The translations under genes and the position numbers were made by a program. This document shows, piece by piece, positions 1-11,550 of a stretch of DNA of 42,240 nucleotides. The stretch spans positions 1 through 42,240 of the forward strand of contig DASQBE010000157.1 of NCBI GenBank assembly GCA_035635355.1, in the 5' to 3' direction. The stretch's first letter is position 1. Each line of letters starts with the position of its first letter. Under the pieces are notes generated by a model. It had not been told where the DNA came from. It was given only the letters and a program-made list of their open reading frames with translations, and ran no database searches. This stretch comes from Candidatus Binatia bacterium. GTDB taxonomy: Bacteria > Eisenbacteria > RBG-16-71-46 > SZUA-252.

Positions 1-591
1 CTGCGCGTGGACGGGGGCTACGGTCAGCAGATCACGTTCGACTCCGGGGCGACGCTCCGGGGGCAGGACGTCTTCTCGGGCTCGCCCCAGGCCTGGCGCC
101 GCGTCGTGGCGGACCTGTCCGCCTATTCCGGCCCGGTTCAACTGCGGTTCCGGTTCTCGAGCAACGAGATCGATCAGCCGTTCGACTTCAACTCGGGGCT
201 CCTCGCCCGCTTCTACGAGGGCTGGTACGTGGACGCGGTCTCGGTCGGTCCACGGATCGACCCGGGTCCCCCCCGGCGCGTCCTCTCGCTCAAGGGCGGT
301 CCGAATCCGTTCCGCGTGAAGAACGGCTTCACGTCCTCCGTGACGTTCCGGTTCAGCGCGGCGGACGGGCTTCCGCACCCCGGCCTCACTCCGCAAGTAA
401 AGGTCTACGATCTGCGGGGACGGCTGGTGGTCACGCTCGACGCGGCGCCGGACGGCATCATCCCCAGTGAATTCCACGCCAGCTGGAACGCCCAGACCCC
501 CAAGGGCGGCCTCGCGGCATCGGGCATCTACTTCGCGAAGATCGACATCCTGGGCCATACCGAAAGCATCCGCCTCGTCCTGCTCCGGTAA
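1..591 (+). CDS. 3' fragment of a secreted protein ending in a T9SS-type C-terminal sorting domain (Por secretion tail / FlgD-Ig-like). The 5' end lies outside the window.
   Basis: The frame is open from base 1. The last ~90 aa read GGPNPFRVKNGFTSSVTFRF...VKVYDLRGRLVVTL...ASGIYFAKIDILGHTESIRLVLLR, matching the usual CTD pattern (NPF, VYDxxGRxV, SGIYF, terminal LVLxR). Confidence 0.7.
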   Translation: MRVDGGYGQQITFDSGATLRGQDVFSGSPQAWRRVVADLSAYSGPVQLRFRFSSNEIDQPFDFNSGLLARFYEGWYVDAVSVGPRIDPGPPRRVLSLKGGPNPFRVKNGFTSSVTFRFSAADGLPHPGLTPQVKVYDLRGRLVVTLDAAPDGIIPSEFHASWNAQTPKGGLAASGIYFAKIDILGHTESIRLVLLR

Positions 592-596
592 CCGAG

Positions 597-2831
597 TTGA
601 TCCTGGGGCGGGGCGCATGGCTGGGGGCCGCGATCGCGGTATTGCTTCACGCCGCGCCGGCTCTGTCGGCTCCGGTTTCTTCCCGGGAGATCCTGTCCGC
701 CCGCGCGGCGCGCGACGCGGCTCGCCAGGCCTGGCTCCGCGAGCGGTGGAGCGGGTCCCTGTCCGCCCTGCGGACCGCGCAGGCGCGTCTGGATCTGGCC
801 TCCACCCGGTACAGCACGGCCCTCGACGGCGCTCCCTTGCCATCCGCCGTGCCCCTTCGCGAGCGCGCCGCATGGACCGAGGTCGCGATGGATCTCGCCG
901 AGCGGAGCGCCTGGTCGAGGGCGCTGGCCCTGCTGCGTGGCCCGCTCGATTCACCCGCGGCGGTTCTGCCGGTCGAGGCCCTGGCGGCGGGTGAGGCGGA
1001 GTCCGCCGCCTCGGGGCTTCGCGTGCTGGCCTGGAGCCCCGAGCGCGCCCCGCAAGGAGCCCGAGCCAGAGACGAGGCGGGACTCTTCGTGGCGGCGACC
1101 CTCTCCGATTCCGCGGGAGCCCCCCGGGCGGCCCGGGCGGCCCGGTGGCTCCTCCTCGGGGACCAGCGCCCCTTGACCGCGCGCTCCTGGGCGCGGCTCT
1201 CCCTCGTGCGCTCGCTCGCCGCCTCCGGCGAGCCGTTGCTCGCGCGCGCGATCCTGGCGCGGGCGTCCTCGCGAACCATCCAGGAGACCCTTCTTCTCGC
1301 GGACCTGACCGCCGCGTCCCTGGACACCACCTCGGCCGCGCGCCTCCTGGTCGCGACCGCGGCGCGGAGCGACCTGGCGACCGCCGACCGGTACGCCGCC
1401 GCGAAGAAAGCGGGCGGATGGCTCCTCGGCCCCTCCGCGGATTCGCTGGGGGAGCGCGAGTGGATGGGCCTCCTCCGCGCCCTCGCCGACGTCGGGGAGC
1501 CCTCGCTCGCGCTCCGCCTCCTGGACGCGCGCCGGAAGACGGCGGATCCGGCCGCGGCGTCCGATCGGGACGAGCTCAAGGCCACCTTGCTGTACAAGGC
1601 GCACCGGTACGAGGCCGCCGGCGCGGCGTACCGCGCCCTGCTGGCGCGCGGGAAGCGCCCGGCCCCGGCCCGTGGCGATTTGGAGCTGGGCCTCGCGCGC
1701 GCTCTCCGGGCCCAGAGGCAGTTCGATTCCGCCGACGCCGCGTTCGTGACCGCCACGGCGCTCGACAGCGCCGGAACGACGCGGGAAACGGCGGCCTGGG
1801 AGCGCGCGCGGGAATGGGAGGACCAGAAGCCGCCGAAGGAGGCGGCGTTGATCTTGCGGTGGGCGCGCGCGCGGATCACCACTCCGGCCTCGGCCGCGAT
1901 GGCGCGCGTGCACGAGGCGATCTCGTGGATCCGCGCCGACTCGCTCGCGGCCGCGGATTCCGTCCTGGCCGGCCCCGGCCCCGAGGACGCGCGCGTGCTC
2001 TTCTGGCGCGGGTGGATCGCGTCATCCCGGGGAGATTCCGCGCGGGCCTTCGCGGCGTACCGCCGCGCGTGGGAAGCGGACCCGTGGTCCTACGAGGGCG
2101 TGCGGGCCCGCGAGCTCTGCGGCCTTCCGGTCGAGGCGACGCAGGGCGTGCCGGAGGCGAGGGCCCGACACGGCGCCCGGCCCACGGCGCCTCCTCCCCT
2201 TCAAGCCCGCGTCCTGAACGTGGTCGGGTTCCGCGACCTGTCGCTCGAGATGATGCGGGCGTGCGCGATGGGGGAGGCGGAGCCTCGCGCGAACGGCTGC
2301 ATCGACGCGCTCGAGGAGGAAGGCATCTTCCGGGTCGGGCGCGCGGACCTGAACCTGGACCTGCGCCTGCGATTCCCGCCCGCGTTCGCGGGCGCGGTCT
2401 TCCGGGCCTCGGAGGAGGAGAGCCTGAGCGCGCCCTTTATCTGGTCCATCATGCGCCAGGAAAGCGGGTACAATCCCGCGGCCCGCTCGCGCGCCGGGGC
2501 GCTGGGACTCCTTCAGCTCATGGTCCCGACGGCCTCGCGCCTGGCGGGACGCCCGATCGCGGAGGCGGCGCTTCCGGACCCCGACTTGAACGTCCGGCTG
2601 GGCGCGATGTATCTTCGCCGGCTCGCGCGCGAATTCGGAGATCTGCGCCCCGTGGCGGCGGCGTACAACAGCGGGGAAGACGCCGTGCGGCGCTGGATCG
2701 CCCCCCGCCCGCGGATCGACGACTTGTGGGTGGAGCTGATCCCCTACTGGGAGACGCGAGGCTACGTGAAGCAGACTTACGCCGCGATGCGGCGCTACGA
2801 GGCGGTCTATGACGCGTCCCCGGCTCGCTGA
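597..2831 (+). CDS. Soluble lytic murein transglycosylase (Slt70-like). It has a long Ala/Arg-rich superhelical N-terminal region and a C-terminal SLT domain.
   Basis: Signal-peptide-like N-terminus (LGAAIAVLLHAAPALSAP). SLT catalytic motifs are present: IWSIMRQESGYNPAARSRAGALGLLQLM and AAYNSGEDAVRRW. TTG start at 597. Confidence 0.8.
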   Translation: MILGRGAWLGAAIAVLLHAAPALSAPVSSREILSARAARDAARQAWLRERWSGSLSALRTAQARLDLASTRYSTALDGAPLPSAVPLRERAAWTEVAMDLAERSAWSRALALLRGPLDSPAAVLPVEALAAGEAESAASGLRVLAWSPERAPQGARARDEAGLFVAATLSDSAGAPRAARAARWLLLGDQRPLTARSWARLSLVRSLAASGEPLLARAILARASSRTIQETLLLADLTAASLDTTSAARLLVATAARSDLATADRYAAAKKAGGWLLGPSADSLGEREWMGLLRALADVGEPSLALRLLDARRKTADPAAASDRDELKATLLYKAHRYEAAGAAYRALLARGKRPAPARGDLELGLARALRAQRQFDSADAAFVTATALDSAGTTRETAAWERAREWEDQKPPKEAALILRWARARITTPASAAMARVHEAISWIRADSLAAADSVLAGPGPEDARVLFWRGWIASSRGDSARAFAAYRRAWEADPWSYEGVRARELCGLPVEATQGVPEARARHGARPTAPPPLQARVLNVVGFRDLSLEMMRACAMGEAEPRANGCIDALEEEGIFRVGRADLNLDLRLRFPPAFAGAVFRASEEESLSAPFIWSIMRQESGYNPAARSRAGALGLLQLMVPTASRLAGRPIAEAALPDPDLNVRLGAMYLRRLAREFGDLRPVAAAYNSGEDAVRRWIAPRPRIDDLWVELIPYWETRGYVKQTYAAMRRYEAVYDASPAR

Positions 2832-2840
2832 GAGGCGCGT

Positions 2841-3422
2841 GTGCTGCTAGCGGCCGAGCTGAAACGCAAGGCCATCCATCTCGCTTCGCTCTCCATTCCC
2901 ATCGCCTATTACCTGAGCCCCCAAGCCTGGACGAGGACCTGGGAGAAGGTCCTTCTGGCCTCGGTGATCGTCTCGCTCGCGATCGAGGTGTTCCGGCTCC
3001 ACAATCCCCGCATCCGGAGCGTCTTTCGTCACTTCTTCGGCGAGCTGCTCCGGAACCACGAGGATGCCTCGCTCCTGGGCTCGACGTACCTGCTCATCGC
3101 CGTGCTCCTCACGATCCACCTCTTCGAGAAGCCGGTCGCGGTCCTGGCCCTGGGGTTCCTGATCCTCGGCGACACGGTGGCCGCGATCGTGGGGAAGTCG
3201 ATCGGGAAGCACCGGCTCCTCGGGGGAAAGACGGTGGAGGGAAGCCTCGCCTGCTTTCTCGTGTGCTTCGCGCTCACGTTCCTGATGCCCGGGATTCCCT
3301 TCTACGTGGGGGTGGTCGGGGCCCTGACCGCCACCCTTTTCGAGCTCCTGCCCATCCCGCTCGACGACAATTTCCGCATCCCGCTCTCCGCCGGCTTCGC
3401 GATGGAGCTTCTGCTCCGCTGA
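2841..3422 (+). CDS. Integral membrane CTP-dependent polyprenol/phytol/dolichol kinase family protein (COG0170, CdsA-related).
   Basis: Multi-TM 193-aa protein with an ELKRKAIHL start and the motif LGDTVAAIVGKSIGKHRLLGGKTVEGSLACF, typical of this family. Confidence 0.6.
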   Translation: MLLAAELKRKAIHLASLSIPIAYYLSPQAWTRTWEKVLLASVIVSLAIEVFRLHNPRIRSVFRHFFGELLRNHEDASLLGSTYLLIAVLLTIHLFEKPVAVLALGFLILGDTVAAIVGKSIGKHRLLGGKTVEGSLACFLVCFALTFLMPGIPFYVGVVGALTATLFELLPIPLDDNFRIPLSAGFAMELLLR

Positions 3423-3478
3423 TCGAGACATCCCGGGACCCCCAGGGTTCTTCTACTATCTAGATGGGTGAATCTGGC

Positions 3479-3508
3479 TTGACACGGCCCGCATCCGATC
3501 CATAGACT
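3479..3508 (+). promoter_or_regulatory. Candidate sigma-70 promoter for secA.
   Basis: TTGACA at 3479-3484, an 18-nt spacer, then TAGACT at 3503-3508 (or a 17-nt spacer to ATAGAC). It lies in a lower-GC intergenic stretch about 150 nt upstream of the secA ATG. Confidence 0.4.
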
Positions 3509-3657
3509 CCGGCCTCGGGCAGAGCGGTGGGGGATCCACCCGGAGGACGGTAAACGATTTTGCACCAACTAGTTGCGAGTGCTTCCCGATGTCGAGAACC
3601 CCGGCGGCTTCGCGCTCCTGGGGTTTCGCTGTATGGGGCAAAGAACGAGAAGGAGCG

Positions 3658-6732
<3,075 letters not shown>

Positions 6733-6745
6733 ACCGGAGGGAGCC

Positions 6746-7216
6746 ATGGACGACAACGTTCGCGAAATGATGTTTCTCATCGTGGAACAGCTCAAAGCGT
6801 ACGTGGACGGGAACGAGGACGCCCTGCTGGAGCTGACGCAGGTCCTGGATTCCGGGAATCATGACGCCGATGTGGTGAACCAGGCGTTCGAGATGATCTT
6901 CCGCGCGCTCGAGCCCTATTCACGCGAGGATTACCCCGGCGAGCCGCGCGTGTCGCGCAAGCACGTTCGGGTGCCGACCGGTCCCGAGCGGGCCCTTCTC
7001 TCCTCGCCCGCGTACACGTATTTCTTCCGGCTGAGCGAGTCGGGCCGCGTCACGCCCGAGCAGTTCGAGGAGATCATGGCGCGCGCCCGGGACGAGGGCG
7101 GCTCCCTGGACAGCGAGGCGAAGGCGGAGGAGCTGGCGACCGAGGTGCTGATCCACTGGTTCGACGAAGAGCACGGGATCCCCTTCGATCCCGGCAACCC
7201 CCAGACCGCGCATTGA
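6746..7216 (+). CDS. smg: Smg-like DUF494 family protein.
   Basis: About 157 aa and acidic. GGAGGGA lies upstream of the ATG at 6746. It sits immediately upstream of topA and overlaps its start, as smg does in the dprA-smg-topA arrangement known from enterobacteria. Overall resemblance to Smg was judged by eye. Confidence 0.55.
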   Translation: MDDNVREMMFLIVEQLKAYVDGNEDALLELTQVLDSGNHDADVVNQAFEMIFRALEPYSREDYPGEPRVSRKHVRVPTGPERALLSSPAYTYFFRLSESGRVTPEQFEEIMARARDEGGSLDSEAKAEELATEVLIHWFDEEHGIPFDPGNPQTAH

Positions 7217-9630
7217 CCGTGACCCCGAAGAAGGCGGTCCAGGCGGTCCCCGAGGAGAACGCGAAGCCCGCGAAGAAGCCCGCCGCCAAGGCGAAGGCCA
7301 AGGCGAAGGCCAAGCCCAAGCCCAAGGCGGCCCCGCGCGCGGAGCGGAAGGGGAAGAGCCTCGTCATCGTGGAATCCCCGGCGAAGGCGCGGACCATCGG
7401 CAAGTACCTGGGCCCGGGCTTCGAGGTGCGCGCCTCGAACGGGCACGTGCGCGATCTCCCCAAGAGCAAGCTCGGGGTCGATATCGAGCACGGATTCCAG
7501 CCCTCCTACATCCTCATCAAGGGGAAGGCGAAGATCCTGAAGGAGCTGAAGCAGAGCGCCCGCCAGGCGAGCACCATCTACCTGGCCCCCGATCCCGACC
7601 GCGAGGGAGAGGCGATCGCGTGGCACCTGGCCGAGACCCTGGGGAACGGGTCGGACGACCGGATCCAGCGGCTCGCGTTCTACGAGATCACGAAGCGCGG
7701 CATCCTCTCGGCGCTCGATGCGCCGCGCACGATCGACATGAACAAGGTGCACGCCCAGCAGGCGCGGCGCGTGCTCGACCGCCTGGTGGGATATCAGGTG
7801 AGCCCGTTCCTCTGGAAGACGATCCGCTACGGTCTCTCGGCGGGGCGCGTCCAGTCGGTCGCGCTTCGGCTGATCTGCGAGCGCGAGGAGGAAGTGCGCG
7901 CGTTCGTGCCCCGCGAGTACTGGACGATCGACGCCGACCTCGCGACGGCCAAGGACGAGCCGTTCCGGGCGCGCGTGCAGAAGAAGGACGGCGAGAAGAT
8001 CGCCCTGGAGAACGAGGCGCAGGCGAAGGAGGCCGCGGCCGAGCTGACGCGGCAATCCTTCCGGGTCTCCGGCGTGCGCACGCAGGAAAAGAAACGGAAT
8101 CCGCTGCCCCCGTTCATCACCAGCACGCTCCAGCAGGAGTCGTTTCAGAGGCTCGGGTTCAGCGCGAAGAAGACCATGGTGGTCGCGCAGCAGCTCTACG
8201 AGGGGATCGACATTGGCGCCGAGGGGTCCACCGGGCTGATCACCTACATGCGTACCGATTCCACGCGTACCTCTCCCGAGGCACTTGCGGAGGTGCGCGA
8301 GTACATCGGATCCAAGTACGGGGCGAATTACCTGCCCGATGAGGCACGAACCTATCGCTCGCGCGAGACGTCGCAAGACGCGCACGAGGCGATCCGGCCG
8401 ACCTCGGTCGCGCGGACGCCTGCGTCCATGAAGCAGCACCTGGATTCCGACCAATACAGGGTCTACGAGCTGATCTGGCAGCGCTTCGTTGCTTCGCAGA
8501 TGAACCCGGCCCTCGTGCTCACCACGACCGTCGACATCACCGCGGGGCCGTTTCTCCTGCGTGCTTCGGGCAGCCGGATCAAGTTCGAGGGCTTCACGCG
8601 CGCCTACAGCTCCGCCCTGATCGATGCGAAGGCTCAGAGCCCCAGCCCGGGCGATGCCGCCGGTGCCGAAAACACGAGAATCCCGGCGCTCGCCGAGGGC
8701 GACGCGTTGAAGCAGCTGGGCGTCCTCCCGGAGCAACACTTCACGATGCCGCCCCCGCGATACACGGAAGCCTCCCTCGTGAAGACGCTGGAGGAGAAGG
8801 GCATCGGCCGCCCGAGCACCTACGCGACGATCGTCGGCACCATCCTCACGCGCGACTACGTGCTGCGCGACCGGGGCAAGCTGACCCCGACCGAGCTGGG
8901 GATGACGGTGTGGAAGCTCCTCGCGAAGATGTTCGGCGACGTGTTCGAGGTGGAGTTCACGGCGAAGATGGAGCGGGAGCTGGACCGCGTCGAGCACGGG
9001 AAGGACGCCTGGGACCACGTGGTCGCGGAGTTCTACGCGCCTTTCCAGAAGGATCTCGTGGAGGCGGAATCCCAGCGCGAGAGCCTCAAGGCCTCGCTCA
9101 CCGAGGAGTCGGACAAGGAGTGCCCGAAGTGCGGCTCCAAGATGGTGAAGCGCTACGGGCGGAACGGGCCGTTCCTGGCCTGCCCGCGGTATCCCGAGTG
9201 CAAGACCACGATGCCGGTCGAAGAGGAGGCCGTGAGCGCCGAGGTGCCCACGCAGCCCTGTCCGCTCTGCGAGAGCCCCATGCGGGTGCGCTCCGGGCGG
9301 TTCGGGAAGTTCCTGGCGTGCTCGCGCTATCCGGAGTGCAAGGGGACGCGCCCGCTCGGTCTGGGCGTCCCGTGCCCCGATTGCGGGACCGGGGAGCTGG
9401 TCGAGCGCCGCACGCGCCGCGGAAAGGCGTTCTTCGGCTGCAGCCGCTATCCGGAGTGCAAGTTCGGCATCTGGGACCGGCCGCTGAAGCAGCCCTGCCC
9501 CTCGTGCGCGTATCCGATCATGGTTCAGAAGCAGACCAAGACGAAAGGCGACTACCTCCAGTGCCCGAAGTGCAAGCATCGCGTCGACGCCGAAGCTTCC
9601 GAGGCCGCGAGTGCATCGCTGGATCACTGA
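7213..9630 (+). CDS. topA: DNA topoisomerase I with a Lys/Ala/Pro-rich N-terminal extension and four C-terminal C4 zinc ribbons.
   Basis: TOPRIM start SLVIVESPAKARTIGKYLG, DPDREGEAIAWH, and active-site region GLITYMRTDS. Four CxxC...CxxC(K) modules are present (CPKCGS...CPRYPEC, CPLCES...CSRYPEC, CPDCGT...CSRYPEC, CPSCAY...CPKCKH). The only in-frame starts are TTG 7213 and GTG 7219. Confidence 0.95.
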   Translation: MTVTPKKAVQAVPEENAKPAKKPAAKAKAKAKAKPKPKAAPRAERKGKSLVIVESPAKARTIGKYLGPGFEVRASNGHVRDLPKSKLGVDIEHGFQPSYILIKGKAKILKELKQSARQASTIYLAPDPDREGEAIAWHLAETLGNGSDDRIQRLAFYEITKRGILSALDAPRTIDMNKVHAQQARRVLDRLVGYQVSPFLWKTIRYGLSAGRVQSVALRLICEREEEVRAFVPREYWTIDADLATAKDEPFRARVQKKDGEKIALENEAQAKEAAAELTRQSFRVSGVRTQEKKRNPLPPFITSTLQQESFQRLGFSAKKTMVVAQQLYEGIDIGAEGSTGLITYMRTDSTRTSPEALAEVREYIGSKYGANYLPDEARTYRSRETSQDAHEAIRPTSVARTPASMKQHLDSDQYRVYELIWQRFVASQMNPALVLTTTVDITAGPFLLRASGSRIKFEGFTRAYSSALIDAKAQSPSPGDAAGAENTRIPALAEGDALKQLGVLPEQHFTMPPPRYTEASLVKTLEEKGIGRPSTYATIVGTILTRDYVLRDRGKLTPTELGMTVWKLLAKMFGDVFEVEFTAKMERELDRVEHGKDAWDHVVAEFYAPFQKDLVEAESQRESLKASLTEESDKECPKCGSKMVKRYGRNGPFLACPRYPECKTTMPVEEEAVSAEVPTQPCPLCESPMRVRSGRFGKFLACSRYPECKGTRPLGLGVPCPDCGTGELVERRTRRGKAFFGCSRYPECKFGIWDRPLKQPCPSCAYPIMVQKQTKTKGDYLQCPKCKHRVDAEASEAASASLDH
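7291..7326 (+). repeat. Short in-frame tandem repeat inside the topA 5' end.
   Basis: GCGAAGGCCAAG occurs twice (7291-7314), followed by CCCAAG twice (7315-7326). Together they encode AKAKAKAKPKPK. Confidence 0.85.
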
Positions 9631-10531
9631 GTTCCTCGAGTACATGGGCACCCAGCGGCGCGCCGCGCCCGGAACGCTCCGCGCCTACCGCGACGATCTG
9701 ACCCGATTCGCGGCGTTCGCGAACGGGAGGCTGGGCGGCGACGCCCGGATTCCCGAGGATCTGACGCCCGAGCTGCTCGCGTCCTTCGCGGCCGCACGGT
9801 CGCTCGCCAAGGCGAGCGGGAAGAACCGCCCGATCTCGGCGCGCACCCTCGGCCGCTCGCTCGCCGCGCTTCGCTCCTTCCTCCGGTACCTCGAGCGCCG
9901 CGGAAAGACCACGGGCGCGCTGCGGGGGGCGCTTCCGCGCGTGAGCGCGCCGCAACCCCTTCCCTCCGCCATCTCCGAGACGCCGCTGAACGAGCTCATG
10001 GACCGCGCGGCCGCGTCGGTGCGCCCGGACGACGTTCGCGGCCTCCGCGCTCTGACCGCCGCCGAGTGGCTCTACGGCTCGGGCCTCCGCCTGAGCGAGC
10101 TGACCGGGCTCACCTGGGGGCGCTTCGACGCGCATCGCCGCCTGGCGCGGGTCGTGGGGAAGGGATCGAAGGAGCGGGTGGTCCCGGTGGGCGCGCGGGC
10201 CGCGGATACCCTGGCCCGCTACTGGTCGGCGCTCGGACGGAAGCCGACCCCGCAGAGCCCGCTCCTCCCGGGGCGCGGCGACACCGCCGTCTCGGCGCGC
10301 ACGCTCGAGCGGGACATCCGCGCGTTTCTGACCGGCCTCGGCCCCAACGCGGCGACCCACCCGCATGCCCTCCGGCACAGCTTCGCCACGCATCTCCTCG
10401 ACCGCGGCGCCGATCTCCGCGCGGTCCAGGAGCTGCTGGGGCACCAGAACCTCGGCACGACGCAGGTCTATACCCACGTGACCCGGCGCCGGCTCAAGGC
10501 GGCCTACACGCGCGCCCACCCGCGCGCGTGA
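9611..10531 (+). CDS. xerC: Tyrosine site-specific recombinase, XerC/XerD family.
   Basis: N-terminal SAM-like region (TLRAYRDDLTRF). Catalytic region LRLSELTGL...HALRHSFATHLLDRGADLRAVQELLGHQNLGTTQVYTHV. The GTG start overlaps the topA end by 20 nt. Assignment as XerC rather than XerD is tentative. Confidence 0.8.
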   Translation: MHRWITEFLEYMGTQRRAAPGTLRAYRDDLTRFAAFANGRLGGDARIPEDLTPELLASFAAARSLAKASGKNRPISARTLGRSLAALRSFLRYLERRGKTTGALRGALPRVSAPQPLPSAISETPLNELMDRAAASVRPDDVRGLRALTAAEWLYGSGLRLSELTGLTWGRFDAHRRLARVVGKGSKERVVPVGARAADTLARYWSALGRKPTPQSPLLPGRGDTAVSARTLERDIRAFLTGLGPNAATHPHALRHSFATHLLDRGADLRAVQELLGHQNLGTTQVYTHVTRRRLKAAYTRAHPRA

Positions 10532-10554
10532 CCCTCGCTCGAGGAGCGGACGAA

Positions 10555-11550
10555 ATGACGAAGCGGGACCTGCTCTCGTTCGCGGACCTCACGCGGCCGG
10601 ACGCGGACCGGCTCTTCCGGACGGCCGCGCGGCTCAAGGCGGACCTCCGGGCCGGGAAGGCGCATCACGAGCTGGATCAGCGCTCCCTGGCCCTCATCTT
10701 CCACAAGCCCAGCCTGCGCACGCGGCTCTCCTTCGAGGTGGCGATGACCCAGCTCGGTGGCTCCTCGGTCTTCATCACGGAGCGGGAGATCGGCATGGGC
10801 CAGCGCGAGTCGGTCTCGGACGTGGCGCGGGTACTGTCCGGATACGTGAACGGGATCATGATCCGCACGTTCGCCCACGACCTGGCCCGGGATCTGGCCC
10901 GACACGCGTCGGTCCCGGTGATCAACGGGCTCACCGACTGGCTCCATCCTTGCCAGATCCTGGCCGACCTCTTCACGCTCCTGGAGCACGGCGTGGATCT
11001 GGACCGCGCGGTGGTGACCTACATCGGCGACGGGAACAATGTCGCGAATTCCTGGATCGAGGCGGCCCGGCTCTTCGGGCTGGAGGTCCGCATCGCGTGC
11101 CCCGAGGGCTACGATCCCGATCCCGCGCTGGTGGCGCAGGTGAAGCGGAGCGGTCCGGGCCGGGTGCGGGTGCTGCGCTCGGCGGGGGAGGCGGCGCAGG
11201 GCGCGGACGTTCTCTACACCGACGTCTGGGCCAGCATGGGGCAGGAAGCGGAGCGGGAGAAGCGCCTGCCCGTGTTTCGCTCGTTCCAGATCAACCCCTC
11301 GATTCTCCGCATGGCCAAGCCCGGCGCGTGGGTCATGCATTGCCTCCCGGCTCATCGCGGCGAGGAGATCACCGAGGACGTCTTCGAAGGACCCCGATCG
11401 ATCGTGTTTCCGCAGGCGGAAAACCGGATGCATCTGCAGAAGGCGATCCTGTACGACCTCCTGGTGGCGCGGCCCGCGGGAGCGAAGAAGGGTGTGAAGC
11501 GCGCGAAGCGCCCCGCCGCCAAGAAGGGCGTGAAGCGGCGCGCCCGGTGA
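10555..11550 (+). CDS. argF: Ornithine carbamoyltransferase with a basic C-terminal tail.
   Basis: Motifs seen: SLRTRLSFEVAM (carbamoyl-phosphate site), DVWASMG, HCLPAHRGEEIT. ATG at 10555 follows GAGGAG. Confidence 0.9.
   Translation: MTKRDLLSFADLTRPDADRLFRTAARLKADLRAGKAHHELDQRSLALIFHKPSLRTRLSFEVAMTQLGGSSVFITEREIGMGQRESVSDVARVLSGYVNGIMIRTFAHDLARDLARHASVPVINGLTDWLHPCQILADLFTLLEHGVDLDRAVVTYIGDGNNVANSWIEAARLFGLEVRIACPEGYDPDPALVAQVKRSGPGRVRVLRSAGEAAQGADVLYTDVWASMGQEAEREKRLPVFRSFQINPSILRMAKPGAWVMHCLPAHRGEEITEDVFEGPRSIVFPQAENRMHLQKAILYDLLVARPAGAKKGVKRAKRPAAKKGVKRRAR
11485..11537 (+). repeat. Direct duplication with a 36-nt period in the argF 3' end.
   Basis: AAGAAGGGTGTGAAGCG at 11485-11501 and AAGAAGGGCGTGAAGCG at 11521-11537 differ by one mismatch. 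They encode KKGVKR twice. Confidence 0.85.

Noticed and set aside
3423-3460. A CCCGGGACCCCCAGGG followed by TTCTTCT after the polyprenol-kinase gene, considered as a terminator.
   Set aside because: The stem is only about 3 bp with a poor loop and the T-run is interrupted. This is not convincing.
3589-3657. An upstream in-frame ATG that would extend SecA by 23 aa.
   Set aside because: The highly conserved SecA N-terminus begins at the Met at 3658, which has an AAGGAG RBS. The extension has no RBS and no resemblance to SecA. It is kept only as a possible leader element in the findings.
7261-7330. Repetitive AAG/GCC-rich DNA that could be mistaken for a microsatellite or a mini CRISPR-like repeat.
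   Set aside because: It is in frame within topA and encodes the Lys/Ala/Pro tail. The repeat units are 6-12 nt with no spacers, so it is not a CRISPR array.
6931-9651. A 906-aa ORF on the - strand, exactly antisense to topA. Similar giants occur at 4753-6795 (-), 3720-6680 (+, off-frame in secA), 647-1882 and 951-1913 (-), 16223-18838 (-), 22128-24347 (-), 25296-27506 (-), 31881-33617 (+) and 35446-38334 (+).
   Set aside because: Each lies entirely within a confidently identified gene on the other strand or in another frame. Their translations are Arg/Gly/Pro/Ala-rich low-complexity strings with no motifs. Stop-poor alternative frames are expected at about 70% GC.
9611-10531. Tyrosine recombinase genes (also 18753-19652) as possible integrases marking a prophage or genomic island.
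   Set aside because: Both have full XerC/XerD-type motifs and are translationally coupled to housekeeping genes (topA; uvrC-ogt). The 8 kb between them is core metabolism (argF, dapAB, proS, rpsT, uvrC). No phage genes, tRNA target or flanking direct repeats were seen.
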